A stretch of DNA of 64,000 nucleotides from Octopus sinensis (GCF_006345805.1 NC_043000.1:163804001-163868000), one strand, 5' to 3'. Shown: positions 27,006 through 41,189, numbered from the stretch's first letter. Notes: generated from the sequence alone by a model not told the origin. Translations and numbers: made by a program.

Positions 27006-28019
27006 AAATATATGATCGTGCCTGAAATAAGACCTTTAAATGTTTGTTTGCAAATATATATTTCTTAGTCAGAGGGTGGTTGTTTAACCAGTTTAGAAAA
27101 TGAATGTCCAAGAGTAGACATTTCCTGAAAAAAGAAAAGGGGGCGAGATGATCATAGACTGAATGCAGTTGGTTATCGATCTATTCTATCGGAAATGATC
27201 TAGAGTTAAACAGCAACGGCCTTATTTTTACCATCGACTGTTGATTCGGACTACGAAACTCTTTCATGAAATGTTAGCAGAAATTCAGAAGTAGCCATCA
27301 TAGAGGAAAGGTTAAGCTCTCGGTAAGATAAGTTTCAAAACACCAGCAGAAATGTCGGTTTGAGTTTTTGGATAATAACATAAATGCTATAAGAACTGGT
27401 TTTTGTTAACCTAAGCATTAAGGGAGTGCAATGTGTCTCTTCATTTCGTCAGAGTATTGACTTAAAAATTTACTTCCAGTCTAAACCAGTCGTTCTCAAT
27501 CATTTATTGTCCCTACCTACTATAACATAGCAGCAACACACAACATTACTTCTTTATATACAGAAGATAAAACCGTGAAGATAAATTAACATCGTTTAAC
27601 CTAGAAAATTTTCTGATCCGCACAATCTACAATGAACAGACGATAATATGGAAAAATAATGAGTTTGAAACTAAAACGCACTCATGTCTTCTGTTCAACA
27701 CGTTTAAAAGATTACCTAAACCTTAAACAAGTATAAATACACATAGGTATAACCCCTTGTTAAAATGTATTCATAACTTACACCGTATTGATTCAAACGT
27801 AATTATTGTTGAATAGTCATCCTTGTACCATCAATTTGCTCTCTGTTACTGTGGTTCGGTAGTTGTGGAGGGGATAGGTTGGAAGACCTGGTTCAGTTTG
27901 TAACAGCAACGCAAATCGTTAGTTTGATCTTTATTGCACGCTACCGGTACTAAGTTTATTGATTCTAGACAGAGAAAAGACTCCTGTTAGGATTGGTAAC
28001 GTGTGTGTGCGTGTGTGTG

Positions 28020-28077
<58 letters not shown>

Positions 28078-29184
28078 ATGCGTGTGGAGAGTGAGAGAAA
28101 GCGAGGGGCCGAGAGAGAGATGGTTAAACCGAAGTTTTTCGTTTTGTAAAATGGTGACAAACTCTGCAACAAGTCAAATCGATTTTTTTTGTTGTTCTAT
28201 GTTCTATTTTGTTTGTAGTTTATTTATTCTTTCTCGAGTGTTGGTGTTTTCAAAAGGAGAATATTAGTAAGCAACACATTGTACACGGATTCGAATCTTC
28301 ATTTTCCATTTCGCTCGATAAAATGGGTGCTACACAAGTACTAGGATTCCCTAAATCAACTTTCCTGTTTCTCCCATTTTCAGGGAGGGAACTTTGTAAT
28401 TACGTCTAAAATCATTTAAACTTCTAGAATGTTTAAAGGGCTTTGTGGTTTTTGTTGCGGCTCTTTACAGTCCCATTTCCAACCCTAATAGGGGTCTTTT
28501 CTCAATCTGGAATTGATAAATTTAGTACCAACCAACTATATAACGAGTGAACGATGAACCTGGTCGAACTAATATTCCGTAATCATATCAACATGGTTTT
28601 GTTATGATATTATTTATTAACATCTCGGCTCACTAACAACATGCACACACACACACACACAGACACACACACACGCGCACACAGGCACCCCCCCACACAC
28701 ACTAACACACAAACATTCACATTTACACACACACACTCACACACACACACGCACACTCACACACACATTCTCACACCCACATACACACACACTCACACAC
28801 ATAACCTGACATACATCCTATAATTCACTCACATATACTCCCTAATTCTTTCTGTCGCTTTCTGTCTCTCTCTCCCTTTTTCTCTCTTTGTCTCTCTCTG
28901 TTTCTCTCCCTCTTTCTTTCTCTCTCTCTCTGTCTTTCTCTCTGCCACTGTCTCTCCCACATTCTTTCTCTCTCCCCCTGTCTCTCTTACTCTCTTTCTC
29001 TTCCTCTCTCTCTCCCTCTCTAAAAGGAACCCTATTAAAAGATACAACTCAAACAAGGCAGAAAAGACATCGACTGAATCTTATGTTAAAAACTTAACTC
29101 AACATTGCTGATGCTGCATATAGAATTTACTGAATATAACATTTGCTATATAATATTTGCTTTAACATCATATCTCCAATGAAT

Positions 29185-29360
29185 CTATTTGGTCCATGGC
29201 AATTTTGGATAACTGCTGATTACGAATGGAATATAATTTGCGCAGATGTTGTAGAAATAAGGTTTTTGCTTATCGAAGACGCTTTCAAACATCTCGTTCT
29301 CCTTTATCAAATCGGATATCTGTTTGCAATCAATATCCTGTTCTGAAATGGGAAACGTGT
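29185..29360 (-). pseudogene. Possible hAT transposase C-terminal relic
   Basis: QISDLIKENEMFESVF..FY..ISSYPKL.W weakly resembles the hAT dimerisation domain. Confidence 0.25.
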
Positions 29361-30790
29361 ATTTTTCTAGGTGTGATATGATATTATTAGGAGAGGGCCA
29401 GAGGGCGTTATTTACTCTCGTCAACATCGTATTTACGATTTAAGCACCCATACCTAACACACGAACAGGCGCATGCGTAGGTTGGCTTTTCTATGTATTT
29501 ATGTGTCTATGTGTAAGTATACATGTGCATGCATTTTATGTACATGTGAATGTATATATATTTGAACGCCTTTAGAATATGTGCTGATAGAACAGATGTA
29601 CATGAGAGTATGCCAATTCGTAGATAGGGATATTTTGAGGTTGGTAATGTGTGTATATGTACACACACACACATACACACGCACACACGCAAGCACACAC
29701 ACACACACTTATGTATAATAAAAATCTGCTGGCTTAGAAGGATGGCAGAGGAACATACATACAAACAGGAAAACACTACATAGAAGACACTAATAAACTC
29801 AGTTTCTCAGTTCTCCATATTTATGGACCAAATGTCAAAATTTCGATAGCTGCATAATTATGTGTGCGTGCGTGTATATGTGTGTGTGTGCTTATGCGTG
29901 CGTTTGCGTATTTGTGTATATGCATGTATGTGCGTCTGTGTGTATGAGTGCGTCTGTGCTTGTGTGTATTCGCACTGTAGTGGTATGGTTTAAAAGTTCA
30001 TTTTGCAACCACTAGGTCCCGCATTCGATCCCACCGTGCGACATCTCAGATTGTTGTTTTCTGCAGCTGCGGATCAACGCTTATCTAGTGAAAGTGGTAA
30101 CTTTAAAGAAAGCGGCGTGTGGAGGATTATATATGTAATCCACAAGATCCAGCCTTATTCTAGGTTGTGTCACGCTGATTATAGTTGAGAATCGCGTTAA
30201 TGATTCACGTGTTGATGAAATGCTCAACCAATTAGGCCTTATCACAAGAGTAGATAATTTGATTGAGTGAACAACAGAATGTACAACGTTTAACATCTGA
30301 AGTCCACCATCATCACCACCACATATACATATACATATATACATATATATATATATATATTATATATATATTATATATATATAATATATATATATATAAT
30401 ATATATATAAATTGAGATAGGGGTTGTGAGTGCAACCCACCATGGGATAACATATATCCAATATACTACCAGTAAAGCACCCGACAAAGTTAATACATAA
30501 ATGTTAAGAATTGCGATGCGATTAATTCATTTACTGTATTATATGGGCAAAGGTAAAATGTTTTACCACAAATTCATAATACAAAATAAGAAAATGGAGA
30601 AATACACCTTAATCAATAATCAACTACCAGATAATACCCAATCACATAATTTATTCAACCACTACATATGAACATCAAGGTCAAACATAATAGTATAGAA
30701 CAAAACAATGTACATCAATGAGTAATATGATACAATAAGTACAATATGTATAAGTGAATATAAATAAATATAAATATAAATATAAACTAC

Positions 30791-30918
30791 ATCTTACAGC
30801 TGTTTCAGCCATGCAGATATGGGTATCTCATTATGCTCATATTAGCCAGGTGTGATAAGTTAATATGTGGTTATAAATGAGACACTTACAAAAAATATCT
30901 CAAGGGCTCTTCAGAGAT
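30791..30918 (-). ncRNA. Hammerhead motif with a 94-nt insertion in stem II
   Basis: atct CTGAAGA gcc [94 nt] ggc t GAAA cagctg TA agat. Confidence 0.6.
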
Positions 30919-32494
30919 TATAAGGTACAAACTAAACTAAATATGAATATCAGAGGAGGTACACCCTTACAAGAGTGGGTACATACCCATAATATATAAT
31001 ATACACATACATATGAGTGCATATACCCATACTCTTATATATATATACACATGTACATAATAATGTACAACAATATACATACATATGTTCTATATTCAAG
31101 GTTACAGTTGGTCAAAACAATATATTAGAATATTACAATATACAAACATATACATATCTATATTCAAATGCACATATACAAATTCAAGGGTTCATTATAT
31201 TAAGTTACAAAATGTCATTAACATTACCATCATTATTATTACCATTGCCACTATTGCTACCAATATTATTATTTTTATTATTAATAATAATAATACCAGC
31301 AAAACAAAATATGCATCACGTGGTTCACAGTACATATTATGTGGGAAAGCAACAACAACAACAATAACAATAATACAGTACAATGCAAAACATTATAGAT
31401 CGGCAAATACATATAAAATGAAAAATATTAATTTACATCATAGCAAAGTTCATAAGTGTACAAGCATATAAACGCATGCCAGCCATATTTTTTGACGGTG
31501 ATATGTATAAAGTATTAAATTTAGAAATAGTTTAAGATCGAACGCTCAATACGATTGGCTGGTACATTTGAATTTTAATAGTCTTCGTTACGGTTGGTTT
31601 GTTAAGAAATAGTTACATACGTACACACGTATATGTGCGCTTACACATATATACATGGAAATACAAGCTTACGTACACACATACATGCTTACATACATAA
31701 CTACTCACGTATATATCCATAAATATATATATATATGTATGTAAACAAACACATATACCTAAAATTAAGCACGTACACATATATGTATATATATCCACAT
31801 ACACATACATACTGTTAACTAAAATAGTATTAAGAATCATAAAATTAGGATAATATTAAATGTTAATAGACCGAAAGGGTTGGAAGGTTAATTCGTAATA
31901 CAGGTTTATCCCTTAGACCTCACCCTTGCTTTCCCCACTCTCGCCTCCCCCAAACCCCAACACCAGCACACACCAGCACACACCACCACACCACACCACT
32001 CCACCCCACACCACCACACCACATACTACCATACCACACCACTCCACATCACACCACCTCCTGCACACTAGCACTGACCACTTCCCAGCACCCACACCAT
32101 CATCCATACACCTACACATGCGCACAGGCACACGTCAATATCACCAGCCCCCTTCCACACGCACATACACGCTCTCACATACACACGCACGCGCACCTTC
32201 GTTTTGGGATCACCATTACTTTTTTATCTCCCCTTCTTCCTAGCTTTCCTGTGAGACCTCTCTGTCCGGCATTCGCCATGATAGATCGCTAGCCACTAAA
32301 CATTATTCTGTTTTCTCTCCCTGTTTATTTCTGCGTTCCTTTCTGTCGAAGAGCGTAGGCTCGAAACGTGCTACACTATTTCACTTCCCAAGAATTAAAC
32401 TAATACATCTGTTTATTGTCTACACCACCCGTCTTCGTCTTTTGGTTTTTTTTGTAAATTCTCACTACACACATATATATATATATATATATTA

Positions 32495-32545
<51 letters not shown>

Positions 32546-32562
32546 ATATAATAACAATTTAA

Positions 32563-32923
32563 CAAATATGCATACATACATATATGTACATACCTACATC
32601 TATATGTATATATACATGCATATATATATATATATGAGTACAGGACACCACAAATAAACGTAGAACACAACGAGAAACGAAAACATAAGAACAAACAAGG
32701 AAACGGGGCAGCTGATGAAGGTGAACATTCCTTGTATTGTTTGTCTTGGACTCTGTTTTTTCGTTGTCAAAAAAAGTCCGTTTCCTTGTTTGTTCTTATG
32801 TTTTCGTTTCTCGTTGTGTTCTACGTTTATTTGTGGTGTCCTGTACTCATATACATATATATATGCATGTATATATACATATAGATGTAGGTACGTACAT
32901 ATATGTATGTATGTATGCATATG
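32563..32923. repeat. Near-perfect inverted repeat (~140-bp arms, 71-bp spacer)
   Basis: gagtacaggacaccacaaataaacgtagaacacaacgagaaacgaaaacataagaacaaacaaggaaacgg is mirrored from 32778. A related single copy lies at 62940-63125. Confidence 0.9.
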
Positions 32924-33347
32924 TTTTATTTGTTTAATTGTTATTATATGACTGAGCGCCTCGCGTAGTTTCTTATCCTCCAAGTAAGTTTATATATATA
33001 TATATACATATAAACATCATATAATTAAGGGCTAAAGAGGGTTATTCTAAAGCCAATACACTGATTTATCCACTTATAATCCGCTTGCTACAGGAGAATT
33101 GAAACTGAAAACGGGCAACTAACCTTTAGAAAATTTAAATTTCGTTATCTCTATATTGAATCAATTTCGGAATTAATCTTATAAAAAAGATATATTCTTT
33201 CTTCAGTAGAGCTTTCGATGGGATATAAATAAAATACTCACGTATGATCATATACATATATATGTGTGTGTGTATATGTATGTATATACATATATATATG
33301 TGTGTGTATATGTATGTATGTATGTATATGTATATATATATATATAT

Positions 33348-33419
<72 letters not shown>

Positions 33420-33422
33420 ATG

Positions 33423-33471
<49 letters not shown>

Positions 33472-33500
33472 CACACATATATATATATATAATATATATA

Positions 33501-33754
33501 TATATACAGGATTTAAATTATAGTTACTATTAGTTTCATGCTGTGAAAGCACGATGACCTGACAAGCTTGTATAGGGTGCCGTATGCTTGTAAACATCCT
33601 TTCAGACTCAAATACAGAAGAACTAGCCATGTTGTATATTTGTATCTGAAAAATTGCTTGCTTGGAAACACACGGTACGACTTATAAGCTTGTCAGATCA
33701 TCGTGTTTCCACACTTTGAAACTAAGAGTAACTGGAATTTAAATTCTGTATATA
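33501..33754. repeat. Imperfect ~250-bp palindrome, TA-flanked MITE-like element
   Basis: tacaggatttaaattatagttactattagtttca...ctgacaagctt pairs with aagcttgtcag...tgaaactaagagtaactggaatttaaattctgta. Confidence 0.8.
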
Positions 33755-34452
33755 TAAAATTAAATTTATCTTTCAATGGATGGAGTACTTTTTCTGTTGA
33801 TGCCACCAAATAAAGTAAGATTCAGTCATCAAATTGGAAAGAAAAAAATCTGTCACTTCTACGATAACCATAAAGGCTCATCACATTAGTAAGACACATG
33901 AGAAATTTCTTCTCTTTTATTGTGTTTTATTTGTTTTGTCTTACTTTCAACACTAAGTAAATTTTCTTTTCACAATAATTCAAATAGTCAAGTGCATAAC
34001 AAATCAGTATATCTAAGCGAATCGATACCGGTTTCAATTCTATTGGCACCATTTTATGATGTTCAGCTTTCTGTTTTTTTTTCTACTTAACTCAGTCCAA
34101 TTGAGTCTCGGATTTAATAACCAGGTTAACTTTTATTTATGTCCTAGTCTAGGATGGTGACTATTCTCATGTCTTTTGCGGAGCAAGTAAAGTATTGTCA
34201 ATACGTTTTACGTTCAGCTGGAACATCTGCAAATCAATGTCTATAACATATATAAAAAAAGCTTTTGGGAAAAAGAATTTTCGGGTGTTGAGGATTGTGT
34301 TTAAACATTGTGTGCATGGTGTGGCGTAGAATAGTGAAATGACAGTAAGAGGAGTGACAAAGGAAAGAGAGGGACGTGGAGAATGGGATGAAAATGGCAT
34401 AAAATTACATAGTTCTAATGAGAAAATACCAATGTAATTTCAATATGACATA

Positions 34453-34495
<43 letters not shown>

Positions 34496-35234
34496 AAAGA
34501 AAATGGAAGACAGATATAAAGAGAATGATGAGACATTGCGTCTTTAGGCCAGAAGTTGCAATGTGTTGGTATTTGCTATCTATAATGTTTTTTTATTGGT
34601 TATAGACCTTTCTTCCTTTCCAGGGAAGACTTATCTCTTATTCTTTTATCAGCTGTCCACGCATTTCTACACAACTCTGCTCAGATAGAATTACCAGATC
34701 CTCTGGGTGTTTTACTCATAATAAAGTGGCGGGAAATTTTATTTCTCATCGGCTGAACACCGCAAAACTGAACTGCAACGTAGGCCATCAAGAGTTTGTG
34801 TTTCACTTTGTTTTTATAGTATTCAGCAGATGTATACATTTATTTTCCAGCCTTATTATGTTCATTCTATGGTTATCTGTTATATCACCGTTGTGCAGTG
34901 ATAGCACGTTCAGAGAAATCTGTTATTTAGTGAAGGTTTCGTCGCTGGTTAAGAAAACTAATTTAAAACGCTCGTTGTGTTTTTGTCTCCGGCTCTGTTT
35001 GAGATGATACTTGACACCTCTCACTCACAAAGCATTCTTCACTTTCTTGCGGATGTAACTTCAATAAACTCTAAATCATCAAAGTATCACTTTTATCACA
35101 TGAAACTATGTAGGTGATGTATAAATGCGGCAACGTATAGGCGTCATGGAGGCGGAATTGAGTGAAATTTCAATGTTTAAGCAGCTGCTTCGAAACCATC
35201 TGTATTTGACCATCTTGTTCTTACAGATTTATGC

Positions 35235-35404
35235 AGCGGGGCCGTCTTAGACGCAAGAGTGGCCTTAAAGCAAAACAATGCACAAGGTCCTGTATATTTA
35301 TTTACTGATTGTAAGCCACAACGTGCAAACATCACAACTGGACTCCTAGCCTCTTGAGGATCCTGGACAACTACTTAGTATGTTCATGCCTTAAGATGGT
35401 ACTG
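35235..35404. mobile_element. Possible hAT-type MITE relic
   Basis: Imperfect TIRs cagcggggccgtcttag / ttaagatggtactg. Confidence 0.35.
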
Positions 35405-35477
35405 ATGGAAAGAAAGTCATAGTATTTGAATTAACTTGAAGCGTCACAAATAAATAGGACGTCCGAGTTTAAGGAAA

Positions 35478-35880
35478 AGGCGCAGGAGTGGCTGTGTGGT
35501 AAGTAGCTTGCTTACCAACCACATGGTTCCGGGTTCAGTCCCACCCCGTGGCACCTTGGGCAAGTGTCTTCTACTATAGCCTTGGGCCAACTAAAGCCTT
35601 GTGAGTAAATTTGGTAGACGGAAACTGAAAGAAGCCCGTTGTATATATGTATATGTGTGTGTGTGTATGTTTGTATGTCTGTGTTTGTCCCCCTAGCATT
35701 GCTTGACAACCGATGCTGGTGTTTATGACCCCGTCACTTAGCGGTTCGGCAAAAGAGACCGATGGAATAAGTACTTGGCTAACAAAAAATAAGTCCTGGG
35801 GTCGATTTGCTCGACTAAAGGCGGTGCTCCAGCATGGCCGCAGTCAAATGACTGAAAGAAAAGAGTAAAAGAGTAAAAGA
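35478..35880 (+). mobile_element. Family-B tRNA-derived SINE with CORE-like motif and (AAAAGAGT)n tail
   Basis: tggctgtgtggtaag A box, gggttcagtccc B box and ccttgggcaagtgtctt. Confidence 0.85.
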
Positions 35881-36429
35881 GAGTATAACACATAGACAGA
35901 GAGACAGAGAGACAGAGAGACAGAGAAAGAGAGGGGGAATAGTGGGAGGAGTGTAAGTAATGGGAAGATAGATAAGAGAATGAATGAATTGGAGGTGGAG
36001 ATGAAAAGAGAAAGGAAATATTGGAGAAAGTGGGAGAGAGGAGGGGGGTTGATTTGAGCAACAATGACGATGAGGAAAAACGATGATAACGATGGCGATG
36101 GTGGTGGTGGTAGTGATGGTGTCGGTGGTAGTGGCGGTGATGGTGTCGGTGGTGGTGGGCGTGGTGGTGTCGATGCATTTTTAAATGCATAGAAAATAGA
36201 AAAAAAGAAAGCGAAAGAAAAAGAGAGCGCGAGGGAGGAGGGTGTGAGTGAGAAGGGAAAATTGAATGAAAATTCTAAGAGGGGAAAAAAAAAGGAAAGA
36301 AAGGGAAAAAAAGTGGGTGGCGGGGGGCGGGGGGAGGAAGAGAACAGAATTAAGCAGAGACAATCTTATTTGAATTATCTTCTGCAAGTTGGCAACTTGA
36401 TCGATTTTTGCATTTTAATAGATTCTTGT

Positions 36430-36482
36430 TTTCTATACCACCGCCACCACCACCGCCACCACCACCACCACCGCCGCCACCA

Positions 36483-36513
<31 letters not shown>

Positions 36514-36834
36514 ACCACACCACCACCACCACCACCACCACCACCACCACCAACACCACCACCGCCGCCACCACCACACCACCACCACCACCACCACCAC
36601 CACCACCACCACCACCACCGCCGCCACCGCCGCCGCCGCCGTCGCCATCATCATCATCAGCATCGTCATCACTATTTCCATCATTGTTGTCGTCGGACAA
36701 ATTACAATAAACAAAGCATGCCATCTTGCAGTCGGTTGCTATTGTTTGTATATTTATTCATTTATTTTATTTATTTTTTTATTGTATAATCTGTATTATG
36801 AATGTGTGTGTGTGTGTGTGCATGTATGTATATG

Positions 36835-36877
<43 letters not shown>

Positions 36878-36953
36878 CATATACGTTCATTCACACATAT
36901 TTATGTATTTATAACTATATATGTGTGTGTGTGTGTGTGCATGTATGTATATG

Positions 36954-37002
<49 letters not shown>

Positions 37003-37104
37003 ATATGTATATATGTATGTATATTGTGCATACCCACACATTCATATTTATATATATAATATACTAGATACACAAACTTGCATACATGTCCGTGTGTCTG
37101 TGTA

Positions 37105-37180
<76 letters not shown>

Positions 37181-37519
37181 GTGGGGGCGTATGCGTGTGT
37201 AGATGTATGTATACATATAAATAACTCCTGCAACTTCATATATTTGAATGCCACTATGTATTTATACATATATATATATATCAATAACCTTGCCTATATA
37301 TGAGTATGACTCGGTGTCTGTGTGTGTGTGTGTGTGTGTATGTGTGTGTATGTGTGTGTGTGTTAAGTAACAATAGTAATGATTTTTAAGTAAAGAATGT
37401 CGTTCATTCCATTTTCTATCATTTATTTATTCATACATACATACATACATGCCTGCATGCATGCATGTATACAAACATACATACATACATACATACATAC
37501 ATGCACACACACACACATA

Positions 37520-37558
<39 letters not shown>

Positions 37559-37920
37559 GTATATATATATATATGTATATATATATGTATATATGTATAC
37601 GTATATATATTCGTACGCATGCACACCTATATATATATACATATATCCACATATATATATATACATGTATATATATGTGTGTATATATGTTGAGTGTGTG
37701 TGTGAGTGTATGTGTGTACATACATACATGCATGCATGCATGCATACATACATACATACATACATACACACGCATACATACATGCATACATACATCCATA
37801 CATACATACATACATGCATACATACATACATGCATACATACATACATACATACATACATACATACATACATACATAATACATACATACATACATACATAC
37901 ATACATACATACATACATAA
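36430..37920. repeat. (CCA)n, (TG)n, (TA)n and (CATA)n microsatellites
   Basis: Directly visible. Confidence 0.95.
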
Positions 37921-38449
37921 TCATCGCCATTCAAATGTCCTCGTTCCATTTCCACCGCAGTTATCTGCCTCGCCTCTAATTCACTCAGTTTGTTTTTCCT
38001 ATATAATACATAATTCCATTTGGCGAATTATTTTAATCAAGAGGAATACATAGAAACCAGGTGAAGTGTCTATAGACAGAAAGTGATGACGGAATTTAGG
38101 TCAAGAAACAAACACGAAGCAATCATCCTTGAGAGATATTGATTTCTGATTTAGGCACAAGGCCACATATTTTAGGGGAAAAGAACCGTAAATAATATCG
38201 ACTGCCACAATTTCAGTGATGTCTTATCCTATAGATGACAAAGTGAGCCGAGGTAAGATTCGATCTCAGAGCATGATTGGACGGATTTAATACGCTGCAA
38301 GACATCTTCCTCTCATGCCACTACCTTTGATTGTACCATCTTTTGAGGAAAGAAAAATCTAGTTATTTCTAATTCGGACGACAGGAGACATTGAAGCGTT
38401 AATATTTTCTGGGGTTTTTCTCCTATAGTTTACTGTACTTCGGAGTACA

Positions 38450-38800
38450 TTTTGGGTAAACACTTATATGCTGTGTGTGCTGCTGTACTTTGTCTCCGAA
38501 TGCAGGAGTTGGTGTCTCTCAATCAGCGGTGAAGCAGCTCTGGAGGTTTTTCGTCGCTTCTAGCGTGATAGCAGACCCACACAGAGCCAGGCACCGATGT
38601 AGGTGACAAAACTCCTGCACAGAAGCACGAGTTTTGTTGAGTCAGATGTTGTGACTCCAGACCAGATCTTTCTATCATCCTCACCGCTTGACCTTGATGT
38701 ACCGCTCACCTTCTCTCTTGAGCCAGATGTAATCGCTTGATTTCTCAGCAGCTTCTAACAGTTGGCAATGTCTTGAGTTTCCTTCGTTGCTAGTTCAAGG
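38450..38800 (-). mobile_element. 3' end of an RLE-type (HERO-like) non-LTR retrotransposon
   Basis: LLEAAEKSSDYIWLKRE matches the EAAExxSxWxWLKR C-terminus, followed by a GC-richer 3'UTR. Confidence 0.55.
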
Positions 38801-39219
38801 CTCCTAGACTAGATTCTAGATTTTAACCAACGGTGTGTATATAAACAGATGTTTACATCTTGTATGTTTAGAGTCCGAAAAGAGGAATCAGCCAGACTAG
38901 TTTCAATTCTGTATTTGATATCAACATTGGTTGAGTACCTTCTTTAAGTGTCCATTGAAGTACCTGTGTACCTTCTATTGCTAAAGGCTTTGGATATCCT
39001 TAGCATTCTAATTTTATATATGAATCACTTTTGGCACCTGGCTTGATTGATGATTTTCTGGTGCATTGAAACATGTCTTGTTTCACCATTATACTCTATA
39101 CTAGAGAACGTATCTATAAATTTTAATCAAAATTGCATGTGTTTACAGACAGAAATCCTTTATGCATGGATACAAAAGAAATGGATAAGATGAACTAGTT
39201 TCAGTACTGTGCTGGGTTA

Positions 39220-39735
39220 TCAGTATCTGAGAGTTCCGTCTTTAACTGTCCCGAGAGGTACTGCTTGAATAGCACAATCCAAAAGTATATCAGACAGACC
39301 AATTTGCGTGTGTCTACCGCAAATTCCGTTCCTTGTTGAAGTGGGTTGGCTTGTAAACCTCGAAGGCCCTGGAGCTATACCACTAGCAGAACATAAGTTC
39401 CTAGTAGGGATCTCCCATGCTGAACAGGTCAGAAGATACAGGCCAAGCCAATATGAACCACCGCTTCCCAGAGGTAGAAATGGGTTTTCGTAAGGCCAAC
39501 ATTCCTGACTAGAAAAGGCAAAGTTACAGAAGCATTGATCATTATTCAAATCCAACAAAACCTACGAGTTAAAGAAAGCCTTTTTTCTCGGGGAAATTGC
39601 AGCAAAATTCGAAAGAAGACTGAGGCAGAGTTGGAAAAGCAAAGATTCAATAAGATTGACGCAGAAAAGACAGTCCAGTATCGAGAACAGTGGAGAAATG
39701 GCATCGAGAGCGTATGCTTGATAGGAGCTTAAGTA
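39220..39735 (+). mobile_element. Internally deleted RTE-like element
   Basis: RTE/Rex3-like 5'UTR motif tcctagtagggatctcccatgctgaacaggtc and C-terminus AEKTVQYREQWRNGIESVCLIGA*. Confidence 0.5.
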
Positions 39736-40007
39736 ACTTGCATATATGGTGCATTCTTAGCAGCTCATTCATTTAATAAATTACTAAGCATTACTAAGCC
39801 ATAGCTACGCTGCCTGTAAAAATATTTGGTAATCATGCACGTACTTTCTTTTAATAGTGGAATGTTATATAGCGAAAGCGTAGTCGGTTACTATGGTGAC
39901 AACAGTCTACCGATCTATCTATCTTTCACACACACACGATGCCACTCTCTCTCTCTCCCCCCCCTTTTTTCTTGAAACAAATTTTAATTCTATCTTTCAC
40001 TTACACA

Positions 40008-40057
<50 letters not shown>

Positions 40058-40063
40058 CTATCC

Positions 40064-40114
<51 letters not shown>

Positions 40115-41143
40115 ATCTATCTATCTCTCTCTCTCTCTCTCTCTCTCAACAACAACAACCTGTCATTATAGTGAAAGTTTTTTTAAAGTATGTGTTGCGT
40201 TGTTTCTATGGTGATAGGCATACAGAAACACACACATACACACACACTCACACACAAACACTCACAGAGAAATACATACGCCAAAAAAGACAGAGAGAAA
40301 AAACTATCTTTCACACACACACACACACACACACCCTCTCTTTCTCTCTCTCTTGCCCCCCTCTCTCTCTCTCACTGTATTTCTCAACCACAACTTTTCC
40401 CGTTCTTCCCGTTCTATTTAAAAGACATTGTGACATGTTTTTATTCCTCCCTCCTTTCCTTTCCTCTTATAGAGATTGTGACGGACAGACAGATAGAGAG
40501 TCGCTTCTCTTTTATGATATAAGATCAGCACGTTCCCAGTGCTATACTATGCTGTACTACAGAATATATTTACAATGCTATGTAATAGACAAGGATACAC
40601 TATTTGGGAGAAGAAACATCAGATTATATCGAACTCAAATACTTGACTAATATTTCATTTTATCAAACCTGAAAAATATGAGTAAAGTGGAGCGCTGCGA
40701 GATTCGAACTCAAAATGTATGAGGGATGCTATCAAAATATTGCAATAAATTCCATTTCATGCTTTTCAGATTCTGTCAAGAGACTATCCACAATGAAGAA
40801 AAAGTTACCAAACATTTAAAGGAACAGAAAGAACCGGGGGACATCGTTGGCTACTTGAGATTTTCATTTTGTTACTGTTGCTATTCTAACAGCGGTAGTA
40901 GTGGCGGTGGTGGTGGTGGTGGTGGTGTTAGTAGTGGTGATTTTTGTGGTTGTGGTGGTAGTGATGGTGGCAGTTTGTTGGTTGTGGTTATTGTTGTACT
41001 TGGTGTTGTTGTTTTTGCTCTGTGTATTTTGGTTTTGTTGTTACTGCTGTTGTTGTAAATAGTTTTATGGAATAAATACTTCTAATGAACCATTCACGCA
41101 TGACAGCCTTGTGATATCATAGCGAGTGTGCGTGTTTAGATTA

Positions 41144-41189
<46 letters not shown>

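Noticed and set aside
33195-33220. Hammerhead boxes GAAAgcTC..CTGAAGA on the minus strand
   Set aside because: Only 2 nt separate the boxes, leaving no room for stem I.
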